Positions 27,816 to 37,798 of a stretch of DNA of 64,000 bases are shown here, piece after piece. Under the pieces are notes generated by a model, which worked only from the letters and a program-made list of their open reading frames with translations, was not told where the DNA came from and ran no database searches. Location of the stretch: positions 6,502-70,501 of the forward strand of contig JAAYVR010000228.1 of assembly GCA_012517065.1 (NCBI GenBank), written 5' to 3'. Position 1 is the first letter of the stretch. The number at the start of each line of letters is the position of its first letter. Made by a program: the position numbers and the translations under genes. The DNA comes from Verrucomicrobiota bacterium (GTDB lineage: Bacteria > Verrucomicrobiota > Verrucomicrobiia > Limisphaerales > J093).

Positions 27816-29363
27816 CTAAAACTTGTGTGCTGCGTGAGCGCCAAGCATGAATTCAAATTGCAGCCAGACCGAGTGATCCACGCCAATGTTCTTCCTTTCG
27901 TCGTAATTGTATTGCAACCGCAGCTTCGAAAACTCGGTCGGAAACCATGTCAGGTTCGGCGAAATACGCCATCGCCTGTCGCGGTCAGGATCGGGATAGA
28001 ACGCACCGCGTTCGCCGCTGACCCAGTCGCCGCGGAGTCCGGCAACCCAACCCCTCTTGAAACCCCAGGTCAACTGCGAATACAGGCCATAATCCCATAG
28101 CGTTTCACGGGGCAGGTCAACCTCCGGCAATCCATCGCCGTTTTCATCCAACGTAAACGCGCCCGCTTCAAACCGCCGCGCCATCACCTCCGTCTGCCAT
28201 GCAACGAATGGGAAACCGCCGTGGTGCCGGGGTGATTTCCATTTCCAGAGAAAGTCCATTCCGAAAATCTGTGTGTCAGTGTCAGGACCAGAGTTGTTCG
28301 GTCCAAACGCCGCCGAGGCCCCGAGCAACACAGTCTGATTCTCGGTCAGATCAAATGACACTGCATAGCGCGGCGCGAAAAGCATGTCGCCCAAATGGTC
28401 AGTTTCACGTCCGATGCGTTCACGCCCGAAGATCAAATTGTCTTCGTGGTCATCGTGACTGTGGCCCGACCCGCGAAAACTGTAGGCTGTGTCGCCCTGG
28501 CTGTTCTGCACTGTGAAAAACAACTCCGAGTAAAACGGCGTGGGTACTATCCACGAAACACGTGCCCCGGGATTTCGCAGCCCTTCTGCGCCAAAAAACC
28601 GGCCGGCCACAAGTGGCACATCAACAAAGCTCCATGTGTGCGGATGTGTTGGGTTGATTCGGCCGAACTCGGTGAGAAACTGGCCCGCTTTGACCTGTAA
28701 GTTGGCCGGAAGCGCGATGGTTTCAAGGTAGGCCTCCTCAGCTTCGAAATGAAAATCTCCATCCGGAGCAATATGTCCGACCAAGCTGGCCTGGCCGCGA
28801 AAGTATGGATCGACATACCCTTCAAACACCGTTTCGAGGTTCTGGGCTGTGAACCCGCGCTGAACAGGGTCGTGCCCGCCAAGCTGCAAGTGCGGAATGT
28901 CATCCGCAGTCGAGCTGCCAGCCGCGAACAGCGCATCGAAGGAAATGTTCAGGTAACTCCGTTGTCCGCCAAGCAGTGCAATCGGGGACGTCGGAGACCA
29001 CGCAGGCTTTGTCTCCTGTGTTTCTCTAGCTACCTTGGGCGGACCTGATTCGGCCGGTGGCGAGGCGGCCGTGGCCGGTGGTGGAGTGGTGACTGGCGGC
29101 GATGAGGTTGCACTGCCAGGCGTTTTGGACTGCAGCGCGTCGATCTTTTTCTGGAGAGCCTCGATTTGCTCGCGTTGCCGCCGCAAGGTTTCCTCGAAGG
29201 TCTCCCGCAGTGTGCGCAATTGTTGTTGGAGTTGCTGAATTTGTGTTGCCTGGTCGGCTTCTTGCGCTCGGAGCGCCGGCGCAGGCACGAAGGCGCAAGC
29301 GAAAAGCAAAGACCCGGCTAATCTGGCTGATCCGACTAATCCGACTGATTGAACAGTTTTCAT
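27816..29363 (-). CDS. Outer-membrane beta-barrel (porin-like) protein with N-terminal coiled coil
   Basis: Start is at ATG 29361-29363 (MKTVQSVGLV.., signal peptide). A coiled-coil stretch (QIQQLQQQLRTLRETFEETLRRQREQIEALQKKIDALQ) is followed by alternating beta-strand pattern. The C-terminus ends ..GAHAAHKF with the aromatic terminal residue typical of OM barrels. Confidence 0.6.
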   Translation of the reverse strand: MKTVQSVGLVGSARLAGSLLFACAFVPAPALRAQEADQATQIQQLQQQLRTLRETFEETLRRQREQIEALQKKIDALQSKTPGSATSSPPVTTPPPATAASPPAESGPPKVARETQETKPAWSPTSPIALLGGQRSYLNISFDALFAAGSSTADDIPHLQLGGHDPVQRGFTAQNLETVFEGYVDPYFRGQASLVGHIAPDGDFHFEAEEAYLETIALPANLQVKAGQFLTEFGRINPTHPHTWSFVDVPLVAGRFFGAEGLRNPGARVSWIVPTPFYSELFFTVQNSQGDTAYSFRGSGHSHDDHEDNLIFGRERIGRETDHLGDMLFAPRYAVSFDLTENQTVLLGASAAFGPNNSGPDTDTQIFGMDFLWKWKSPRHHGGFPFVAWQTEVMARRFEAGAFTLDENGDGLPEVDLPRETLWDYGLYSQLTWGFKRGWVAGLRGDWVSGERGAFYPDPDRDRRWRISPNLTWFPTEFSKLRLQYNYDERKNIGVDHSVWLQFEFMLGAHAAHKF

Positions 29364-29471
29364 CTGGTTATTTGAACAAGTTCCAAGCAAACGGGGCTGC
29401 CAAGAGCAGCACACCAAAGGTTTAGTTGATAAAACGGTTGGCGCCGACACACGCAGTGCCGACGATCCGAC

Positions 29472-29777
29472 TCATGAAATGGCGGGGCTCAGCGGAGGCG
29501 CACGGCCCGGCGGGAGAAAGAGCCCAACGTCCCACGCCACCGCAGTAACGGCGGTCGGCAATCCCACAAACAAATCGGGCAGGGTCGGCTCAAGAACCGG
29601 CCTGATGTCGGTCAACGCCACGTGGCCGTGGACGAAGAGGCAAATAACGCACCCGTTTCCGCCGTTGGCGCTATGATGCATGAGTGCGTGGTGCAACCGC
29701 GCGTTGGCAGAGAGGAGTGCCAGAGCCAGCAAAACAAGAACCATGCACGTCGCCATCACCGGGCGCAGCGCGCGCAT
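29472..29777 (-). CDS. Small His/Cys-rich membrane protein (function unknown)
   Basis: The start MRALRPVMATCMVLVLLALALL encodes one TM segment, followed by LHHALMHHSANGGNGCVICLFVHGH. It is the first gene of the porin-znuA-znuB string. Confidence 0.4.
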   Translation of the reverse strand: MRALRPVMATCMVLVLLALALLSANARLHHALMHHSANGGNGCVICLFVHGHVALTDIRPVLEPTLPDLFVGLPTAVTAVAWDVGLFLPPGRAPPLSPAIS

Positions 29778-29953
29778 CAGCTTTCTTGCTTGGCCTTGCA
29801 CGAATGACAGGATAGTCCGGCAATGCTTTGCATGCAAGCTCTGCGCGCGAGCGCCAAGCCGCGGACCACGAGTGGTGCCATAATAAAATCCTGCATGAGA
29901 TAAGATGGTCGCTCCTCCACTTTGCGCCTCCGCACAACGCGCAAACTACGACT

Positions 29954-29974
29954 ACGTGTCTGTCCCCATATTGG
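29954..29974 (+). repeat. Solitary A-motif copy
   Basis: ACGTGTCTGTCCCCATATTGG. Confidence 0.7.
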
Positions 29975-30415
29975 CACTCTTGGATTTCAGGTCCGGGCAC
30001 CTTGACTAGAATAGCCGCATTCACACTAACGGCCAGGATGAACCCACTGCACACTTTCAGTGCTCCCCATCCTGTTCATGGGTGAAAGCATCTTGTAATC
30101 GAGAGGGTTGCTTGGCCGGTCCCGTAAACGCCCATGCCTCCAGAAAAGACAGTGGTCCATTCAGACGCCAGTTGTCTTTGAAGAGAGCCCGACAGATTCG
30201 CACCCACATTTGCCTCCCCCTGCCGCATACATCAACAAGCAGACCAGAGCTCAAATGAGCTCGTCACTCCCGCTGCACTTGTCTGGATGACGCGCAGGGT
30301 GTTTTGTCCGCTGAGCCGGTGAGGTTTCCGGGCCGGACTGCTGCGTACTGAGAAATGCGCCGTGAAGACAAACGGGGGCTTCCATTGCGACGGGGCCGCA
30401 TGTTAGAATTCGCGC

Positions 30416-31786
30416 ATGCGCACATTTGATTCTTCTTCTGGAGCAGTGCGGCAGGGCTCTGCTTTCTCTTCGTCTTTGGCGATTAATGGTGTGAATCGTC
30501 GCCGGTTCTTGAAACGCATTGCGGTCGCAAGCGGTGCAATAGGGCTTCCATGCATAATACCGGGATCGGCGCTCGGCTTGAATGGTGCCGTCCCGCCCAG
30601 CGAGCGAATTGTGCTTGGCGGAATAGGAATTGGCGGGCGTGGCACGGGCGTGCTCCAGTGGATGTTGCCGGAGCGTGACGTGCAGTTCGTTGCCGTTTGC
30701 GATCCTCAAAAAGCAAGGCGCGAAGCGGTCAAACGCCTTGTTGATTCACGGTACGGCAACAACGACTGCAAAGTTTACAACAACCTGATAGAATTTCTCG
30801 CTGCGCGCCCGGACATCGACGCGGTCCTGAGCACGACCGGCGACCGCTGGCATGCGCTGGCCGCCGTCTGGGCCATGCGCGCAGGCAAAGACGTGTACTC
30901 CGAAAAGCCGTCGTCAATGACCATCGCTGAAGGCCGGATGGTTGTCGAAACCGCCAAGCGTTACGGGCGGGTTTACCAAACAGGCACACAACGGCTCAGT
31001 GAAGCAAATTTCGTTTTTGCCATCGAACTGGCCAAGTCCGGCCGGCTGGGCAAGATTCACACCGCCTACGCGCACATTGCGCCGTGGGACGCGGCTGAGA
31101 TGCGGCATGACTGGCTGCCGGGCCAACCTGAACCGCCAAAAGACGAAGTTGATTGGGACCAGTGGCTGGGGCCATGCCCGTGGCGGCCGTACAATCCCGA
31201 ATACACACGCGGCGGATGGCGCGGGCATTACGATTTCCATACCAGTTGCATTGGCGAATGGGGCGCTCACACATTCGCTCAAGCACAGGCCGGCCTTGAT
31301 CTGCTCGACACTTCACCTGTCGAGTACGAGTACGTTAACAATCCAACCGGCGACGGCATGGTCTGCAGGTTCGCCAACGGGGTGAAGCTCGTGTTGTCGC
31401 GCGGCGACAAATACTGGCACGGGTCATGTGGAATGCGGTTCGATGGACCGGATGGATGGGTATCCGTCGCGGACGGTTATTCGCGGCCCGAGGTTTCGCC
31501 GCCATCGCTCCTTGCCGACTTCGACAAGATAGTCAGCGATTACATCGCCCGAACGCAACGTCCGATGAGCCACGTGCGCGACTTTTTCAACTGCATAAAA
31601 TCGCGCCGGTTAACCGTGGCAAATCCCGAGGTCATGCATCGCTCGATGTCAACCGTCCACGCAGCAAACATCTGCATGTGGCTGAAGCGAAATGTGAAAT
31701 ATGATCCTGTGAAAGAGGAATTCATCGGAGACGAAGAAGCAAACCGGTTGCGGTCACGCGCAATGCGCGCCCCGTACACGTTCTGA
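30416..31786 (+). CDS. TAT-exported Gfo/Idh/MocA family oxidoreductase
   Basis: Twin-arginine signal NRRRFLKRIAVASGAIGL. Rossmann motif LGGIGIGGRG. Paralogous architecture to 20345..21697. Confidence 0.8.
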   Translation: MRTFDSSSGAVRQGSAFSSSLAINGVNRRRFLKRIAVASGAIGLPCIIPGSALGLNGAVPPSERIVLGGIGIGGRGTGVLQWMLPERDVQFVAVCDPQKARREAVKRLVDSRYGNNDCKVYNNLIEFLAARPDIDAVLSTTGDRWHALAAVWAMRAGKDVYSEKPSSMTIAEGRMVVETAKRYGRVYQTGTQRLSEANFVFAIELAKSGRLGKIHTAYAHIAPWDAAEMRHDWLPGQPEPPKDEVDWDQWLGPCPWRPYNPEYTRGGWRGHYDFHTSCIGEWGAHTFAQAQAGLDLLDTSPVEYEYVNNPTGDGMVCRFANGVKLVLSRGDKYWHGSCGMRFDGPDGWVSVADGYSRPEVSPPSLLADFDKIVSDYIARTQRPMSHVRDFFNCIKSRRLTVANPEVMHRSMSTVHAANICMWLKRNVKYDPVKEEFIGDEEANRLRSRAMRAPYTF

Positions 31787-31811
31787 ACTTTAACGCCAAA
31801 CTCGAACCTTT

Positions 31812-33800
31812 TTGCAACCCATGAACAAAGAGTACTTCGCCATGACAAGGAAATCCGCCGCCGTTTTGATGGGCACGTTGCTGGCCTCTTCGTTGTTGAT
31901 CGCCCAGAACCCGACCCCACTGGTCACAAAATCGTGCGCTGATCTTGTGGCGGTCTTGAAATCTAATGCATCGCAAAAAGAAAAAGCCGATGCATGCCGA
32001 GAACTGGCCGTCATAGGAAACAAGGACGCCATTGACGTTCTTGTTCCGCTGTTGGCCGATGAGAAACTGTCGCACATGGCCCGGTACGCCCTCGAGACAA
32101 TGCAGGATCCCGCAGTCAACCCGGCCCTTCGCAACGCACTTCCGCAGCTAAAAGGCCGGCAATTGTGCGGAACAATTCACACTCTGGGCGTCAGGCGTGA
32201 TCCAGAAGCCGTTAAACCGCTCGGCGAATACCTGTCGAATCCCGACCCCGACGTGGCGCAGGCAGCCGCACGAGCTCTGGGCGACATCGGCACGGTTGAA
32301 GCCCAACGGCTTCTGATGACAGCCCTGCGCAGTGTTGATGATGCCAACCGGCTCGCAGTCTGCGAAGGTCTGTTCCGTTGCGCGGAAAACGCTGTCAAGT
32401 CCGGCAGGCCAAGGCGCGCAATCCGCGTGTATGACGCTTTGCGCCGACAGACTTCAGTGCCCCACCAGGTGAAAGCGGGCGCAGTGCGGGGAGCAATAAT
32501 CGCCCGAGGCGACGCCGGTTTGGACCTGCTTCGCGAATCTCTGCAAAGCGAGGACTACATAGTGTTCGCCGCTGCGGTTCGCACAGCCATTGAATTGAAA
32601 GAAAGCAGCGTTACCACTGTCTTGACCGATGCACTGCCGAAACTCGCCGCCGACAACCAGGTTGTCGTGCTCAATGCGCTCGCCCAGCGCGGCGACCCGG
32701 CAGCGCTGCCCGCGATAACTGAAATCGCAAAAGACGGCGCGCAAGCCCCGAAACTCGCGGCAGTCCGCGCTCTCGGCCAAATCGGGCAGCCGAAAACTGC
32801 CCCTGTGCTTGTTGATCTGATGGGATCATCGGACCGTGAAGTGTCCCAAGCCGCGCGCGAGGGTTTGGCCGCAATACCCGGACAAGCGGTGGACGATGTC
32901 ATTCTGAAGATGCTTGCCAGCGAAAATCCGTCCGATCGGTTGACAGCTCTGCAACTCATTGGAAGACGCAGAATGCAATCGGCCGTCCCTAATCTGCTAA
33001 AGGCAACTGGTGATGGCGATGGCCGCGTTCGCACGGCTGCATTGAAACGACTCGGCGAGCTGGGTGAACCCGCTCAACTTGGCGACCTTCTCAACTTCTT
33101 GATTCGCACCACTGACAACGCGGACCTGAACGCCGCTGAAGAATCAATTACCATGCTTGTCTCTCGCGCGGACGCGCCCCAGTCGGCTGTGGGAACGATC
33201 GTCGCTCGCCTTGGCGCTGCGCAGCCACAAGCCAAATCGGCTCTGGTTCGGGTTCTGGCATCTGTGGGCGGACCCGATGCTTTGAAAGCGGTTCGCGAAG
33301 CTTGCAAAGACAGCAACGCCGAGGTCAGGGCCGCTGCAATCCGTTCGTTGGGATCATGGAAAACATTGGATGCCGCACCCGACCTGCTTGATCTTGCCAA
33401 GAACGCTTCTGACGCAACCGACAGGTCGGTGGCTTTGTCCGCGTACCTTGGCCTTGCCAACAACGCCGAACTGCCGCCCGAACCGCGGCTTTCAATGTGC
33501 CAGCAGGCCTCCAGCTTGATCGAGCGTGTCGAACACAAGAAGCTGCTGCTCGCCGCGCTCGGAAGCATACACACGACCGATTCCATTTCCATGATCGCCC
33601 CGTACCTCGATGATGCTGCGGCCAAAGAAGAGGCCAGCGCCGCGGTTGTGGCAGTTTCGGAGGCCATTTTGCGCGACGGCGACGATAGAGCCAAAGCTGA
33701 CAAGATTCTGCCGGCGCTGCGTAAAGCTGCGGAATCAACAACCAACGCCGATCTCGGCAGGCGCGCCAGAGCCCTGTTGAGACGCGCAGAGTCGAGGTGA
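31812..33800 (+). CDS. Secreted HEAT-repeat protein
   Basis: Signal peptide present. It has many repeats of the type ..AAARALG.IG....L...L.D.D..VR.AA. 662 aa. Confidence 0.7.
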   Translation: MQPMNKEYFAMTRKSAAVLMGTLLASSLLIAQNPTPLVTKSCADLVAVLKSNASQKEKADACRELAVIGNKDAIDVLVPLLADEKLSHMARYALETMQDPAVNPALRNALPQLKGRQLCGTIHTLGVRRDPEAVKPLGEYLSNPDPDVAQAAARALGDIGTVEAQRLLMTALRSVDDANRLAVCEGLFRCAENAVKSGRPRRAIRVYDALRRQTSVPHQVKAGAVRGAIIARGDAGLDLLRESLQSEDYIVFAAAVRTAIELKESSVTTVLTDALPKLAADNQVVVLNALAQRGDPAALPAITEIAKDGAQAPKLAAVRALGQIGQPKTAPVLVDLMGSSDREVSQAAREGLAAIPGQAVDDVILKMLASENPSDRLTALQLIGRRRMQSAVPNLLKATGDGDGRVRTAALKRLGELGEPAQLGDLLNFLIRTTDNADLNAAEESITMLVSRADAPQSAVGTIVARLGAAQPQAKSALVRVLASVGGPDALKAVREACKDSNAEVRAAAIRSLGSWKTLDAAPDLLDLAKNASDATDRSVALSAYLGLANNAELPPEPRLSMCQQASSLIERVEHKKLLLAALGSIHTTDSISMIAPYLDDAAAKEEASAAVVAVSEAILRDGDDRAKADKILPALRKAAESTTNADLGRRARALLRRAESR

Positions 33801-34077
33801 CAACAGCAATGGAGACATACAGGGCTTGCGACAGGTGTTTGGTCAGCCCTGCGTGCAGAATCGGCATGCCATCCTGCCGGGCTGTGAAACCCCGACCTGC
33901 CGCAATAGCTGTCCCTCTTTGCGGGATGAGTCCGCAGTTACCGCAACAATCCGGCAACGCGCAAGTGCACACGCACAAATCACTCCCGCGCCCTCCAGCG
34001 CTGGCCGGCGTCGGCGCTTACGCTGCCAGTCGCGGCATGAGCAGCGCCAATGAATCCCGCTCGCTCAAGAGTCTGCC

Positions 34078-35280
34078 ATGAACACATCAGCATCCCCTAA
34101 TTTACCGGACGAACTGGGTCATTTTGGACCGTACGGCGGACGGTTCGTCCCGGAGACGCTGATGCATCCGCTTGTCGAGCTCGAGAAAGAGTACACCCGT
34201 TTCTCGCAAGACCCCGAGTTTCAAAAGGAACTTGACTATTACTTGCGCGAGTTTGCCGGACGTCCCACGCCGCTTTATTATGCGGAGCGTTTTACAAGCT
34301 CACTGGGTGGCGCGCGCATCTATCTGAAACGCGAAGATCTCCTTCACACTGGCGCGCACAAGATCAACAATTGTCTGGGCCAGGTCTTGCTCGCGAAGCG
34401 AATGGGCAAGACCCGATTGATCGCCGAGACAGGCGCGGGCCAGCATGGCGTTGCAACCGCCACTGTGGCCGCCATGTTCGGATTCAAATGCACGGTTTAC
34501 ATGGGCGCTGTGGATTGCCAACGCCAGGCGTTAAACGTCTATAGAATGCGAATGCTCGGAGCCGAGGTCGTGCCGGTCCACGCAGGGCAGAAAACGCTGA
34601 AAGAGGCGATCAACGAGGCCATGCGCGACTGGGTCACAAACATCCGCAACACACATTATGTGCTTGGCACCGCGTACGGCGCGCATCCGTACCCGATGAT
34701 GGTTCGCAACTTTCAGCGTGTGATAGGCGACGAAGCGCGACGCCAGATACTCGAAAAGGAAGGGCGTTTGCCGGACCTGTTGATTGCGTGCGTTGGCGGC
34801 GGGTCGAACGCGATTGGCCTGTTCTACCCGTTCTTGAAGGACGAATCAGTTCGCATGGTAGGAGTCGAAGCCGGTGGCGAAGGCATTGTTCCCGGCAAAC
34901 ACGCAGCCCGGTTTCAGGGCGGTTCGCTGGGCGTGTTACAAGGCACGCGGTCGTATGTCTTGCAGGACGAGCACGGCCAAATTCAGCTCACGCACAGCGT
35001 GTCTGCGGGTCTGGATTACGCTGCGGTTGGCCCTGAGCATGCGTGGTTGCGAGACAAAAACCGAGTTGAATACACGTATGCCACTGACGATCAAGCGCTT
35101 GAGGCCTTTCTCCGGCTTGCCCGGACCGAGGGCATCATACCGGCTCTCGAGTCAGCCCACGCGGTCGCCGCCGCCATCGAACGCGCGCCAAAGATGGCCC
35201 CTGATCAGATCATCATCGTCAATCTGTCCGGGCGCGGCGACAAAGACGTGGAACAAGTTGCGGCTCGATTGAAGTTCTGA
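34078..35280 (+). CDS. trpB: Tryptophan synthase beta chain
   Basis: Motifs: [40 protein letters not shown]. No trpA is adjacent. Confidence 0.92.
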   Translation: MNTSASPNLPDELGHFGPYGGRFVPETLMHPLVELEKEYTRFSQDPEFQKELDYYLREFAGRPTPLYYAERFTSSLGGARIYLKREDLLHTGAHKINNCLGQVLLAKRMGKTRLIAETGAGQHGVATATVAAMFGFKCTVYMGAVDCQRQALNVYRMRMLGAEVVPVHAGQKTLKEAINEAMRDWVTNIRNTHYVLGTAYGAHPYPMMVRNFQRVIGDEARRQILEKEGRLPDLLIACVGGGSNAIGLFYPFLKDESVRMVGVEAGGEGIVPGKHAARFQGGSLGVLQGTRSYVLQDEHGQIQLTHSVSAGLDYAAVGPEHAWLRDKNRVEYTYATDDQALEAFLRLARTEGIIPALESAHAVAAAIERAPKMAPDQIIIVNLSGRGDKDVEQVAARLKF

Positions 35281-35327
35281 CCCAGCCCGGCCCGCAGCCA
35301 ATCAGCTTTGCGTATTTGCATTGTCAA

Positions 35328-36209
35328 ATGAACTCGATGACCGGATACGGACGCGGCCAGTATGCCAACAAGGGCATACGGGCTGTGGTCGAAATCAGCT
35401 CGGTGAATCGCCGACAAAGCGATATCACGGTGTTCATCCCGAGCGAGCTCGAACTTGTTGAGAGCCGAATCCGCGATCGTGTGAACGAGTGTGTCTCGCG
35501 CGGCAAGGTCACCGTCCGAGTGTCACTCGAAATTGGCGAGAGAGCATGGTCCGGCAAAGTGCGATTCAATCGATCTCTGGCGAAGACATATGCAGAGGAA
35601 CTGAGCTTGCTTGCAAAACAGCTTGGCTTGACCGCACCGCTCACTATCGAGTGTGTGATCCGTCTGCCAGGTGTGGTTGCGCCACCCTCTGCCACGAATG
35701 ATCCGGAAGCCATTTGGCCGCTGATTGACAAGGCATTGTCGCGAGCACTCAAATCACTTGCTGCCATGCGAGCCAGAGAAGGCGCTCATCTTGCTCGCGA
35801 CCTTGCAGCTCGCGTGCGCAGGCTTCGCCAATTGTCGCGCCAGATTGCCGCCCGCGCTCCCAAGCTCCCGGCTCTGTACAAAGAGGCTCTGCTGAATCGC
35901 ATGAAGGCAGCCGGCATCACTGCGGTAAACACGCACGACGAGCGGTTGCTGAAAGAAATTGTGCTGTTCACCGACCGTTCTGACATCAGCGAGGAACTCA
36001 CGAGGCTCGAAGGCCATTTCAAGCAGTGCGACGAGTGTTTCAGGTCAACAGCGCCTGTGGGCCGAACCCTTGATTTCCTCGCGCAGGAAATCAACCGCGA
36101 GATTAACACGATCGGCTCGAAAGCAAACGACGCGCTGATCTCACGCGCGGTGGTTGAGTTCAAAGCCGAGCTCGAGCGGTTCCGCGAACAAGTCCAAAAC
36201 GTCGAGTAG
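35328..36209 (+). CDS. YicC/YloC-family stress-induced protein
   Basis: N-terminal MTGYGRG. C-terminal DUF1732-like block FLAQEINREINTIGSKAND..VEFKAELERFREQVQNVE. Confidence 0.8.
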   Translation: MNSMTGYGRGQYANKGIRAVVEISSVNRRQSDITVFIPSELELVESRIRDRVNECVSRGKVTVRVSLEIGERAWSGKVRFNRSLAKTYAEELSLLAKQLGLTAPLTIECVIRLPGVVAPPSATNDPEAIWPLIDKALSRALKSLAAMRAREGAHLARDLAARVRRLRQLSRQIAARAPKLPALYKEALLNRMKAAGITAVNTHDERLLKEIVLFTDRSDISEELTRLEGHFKQCDECFRSTAPVGRTLDFLAQEINREINTIGSKANDALISRAVVEFKAELERFREQVQNVE

Positions 36210-36244
36210 TGCGGCGAAGCCGCGCTAATGCATTCTCTTGCCGA

Positions 36245-36709
36245 TCAACCGCCGCCGGACGAACTTTTTTGTGGCCCAAACAGCAGTTCTGCCAGTTTGC
36301 AGATTCGGTTTCCCGATACGCGCAATCGAAACTCGCTCCGCAACGGGCGTGTGCGAAGCCGGCTGTTGATTGAAAAAGCCTTTAGTTCAGCGTGCAATTC
36401 TCTCCAGCTTCGGGCGCTCCCAATTCGCTCGATAACATCCATGTCCACTTGGAAGAACGCGGGACTGACTGCCATGATTATCGGCGCCAGTAAAACCGCA
36501 CGGCGGTAAAGGCATTTCCGAAACGCTCGCCGCAAGTACTGGTCCGAGGGACAGTGGTAACGCTCGCAAAACGCTTCCTTAAATGTCTTGGGCCAGTCGC
36601 TCACAAGAAGATATGAAACCCCCCGGCAACAGCAGTAGCAAGCAATAAGCTGACGAAGCACAATCTTGAGTGTTCGAGTCAAGCTTTCAGCGGGGTGATT
36701 GGGCCTCAA
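36245..36709 (-). CDS. Hypothetical protein (weak call)
   Basis: 154-aa ORF with one hydrophobic stretch (AVLLAPIIMAVSPAFF). No recognised family. It could be non-coding. Confidence 0.3.
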   Translation of the reverse strand: MRPNHPAESLTRTLKIVLRQLIACYCCCRGVSYLLVSDWPKTFKEAFCERYHCPSDQYLRRAFRKCLYRRAVLLAPIIMAVSPAFFQVDMDVIERIGSARSWRELHAELKAFSINSRLRTRPLRSEFRLRVSGNRICKLAELLFGPQKSSSGGG

Positions 36710-36847
36710 TCCTCGCGTTGCCTCTCACCGAAAAGGCCGCTTGAGGAAGACGGCACAGTCCGGCACTTTGCGTCTTCACGCAAAGTGAACACACGCCGAT
36801 GCACTGACGTGCTTTGAAAGCCACATGAAACTCTTCCGCCTAAAGGC

Positions 36848-37206
36848 GGGACTCTAACAGCCGCGGGCTCGACATCGCCGCATGCGCCGGGCAACCTATC
36901 GAGGTTAGAGTTCCCCGTTTACGCGTTAACGAGAAAACGGTCTGTCCCAGCTCCACCGCGCTGGGAACCGTGCGCCCCTGCTGCTCATGAAATCGTGCGT
37001 AAGCCAGGGCGGGCGCTCCGCGCACACCACAAACAAAGTGTCTGTCCCCATATCGGCATGCGGGGGGTTGCCACACAGACCTCATCTGCCGCGGATTGGA
37101 ACAAGGGACAGTCAGCGGGCCATGCCGCAATCCGAGGGCAAAACCCAGACAACGAGCCTGTCCCTCTATTTGGGGCCACGCCCAAACAATGAGCCTGGCA
37201 CTCTAT
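36848..37206 (+). repeat. Composite repeat island IV, left part (modules C, A, F, two A-variants)
   Basis: C hairpin is 36848-36914 (GGGACTCTAAC...GTTAGAGTTCC). A is at 37031-37056 and F at 37057-37153. A-variants are GAGCCTGTCCCTCTATT (37154-37170) and GAGCCTGGCACTCTAT (37191-37206). Confidence 0.8.
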
Positions 37207-37798
37207 CGCGTCATGAAAAGCCCAGTGAGAGGGGCGTGCTCGAAAGGGCACAAAACTCTCAAACGGAACTCTGTGGGTAACCAATCCCACCCGGCAAAGG
37301 CTAACCACCAGCCGGAAGCGAGTTTTGCGTAGTTGTCAGCAATGACGGCACGAAGCGTAAACAGCCAGTGTCAAAGCCGTGTGATTGAGCCTCGAAATAA
37401 AGGTGTTGCTGGAGCCTTCGTTGTTAGAGTTGCGGGGGCAGCATCGAAGTCCCGTTATGGTGAGGGATGCAGGTCCGACCGGGGTCAGAGAGCATGGCAA
37501 AGGCACAAGAGGGTTCCCTGGGAACATGAGAGACCCGACGAGGTCCTGAGACAAATACCGGAGTGGTCGCCACCGGGTATCAACGACCAGGCCACCGAGC
37601 TGCCGCTTTCCGGCGAGGTGGAGCGAACAGAGGAAGCAACTCAGGTATCCGTGCTCAACCGACAAAGGGAGAGTGCGGAGAAGCCCGGCGGGAGTCTTAG
37701 TCTGCTCATAGTACTGGTAGAAAGCCGGCGAACGGGGCCGCCCGGAGCCGGGGAGTAGGGAAGGGGCAGACACGGTTACGGGACCGTCGTGAGGAAAC

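Noticed and set aside
29875-29908. AT-rich patch CCATAATAAAATCCTGCATGAGATAAGATGG upstream of the metal-uptake string as a Zur/Fur box
   Set aside because: Only about half of the positions are palindromic, and it does not resemble the Zur/Fur consensus I know. It may simply be a promoter region.
34078-35280. trpB without adjacent trpA as an anomaly
   Set aside because: Split trp genes are common in many phyla, and nothing in the sequence suggests disruption.
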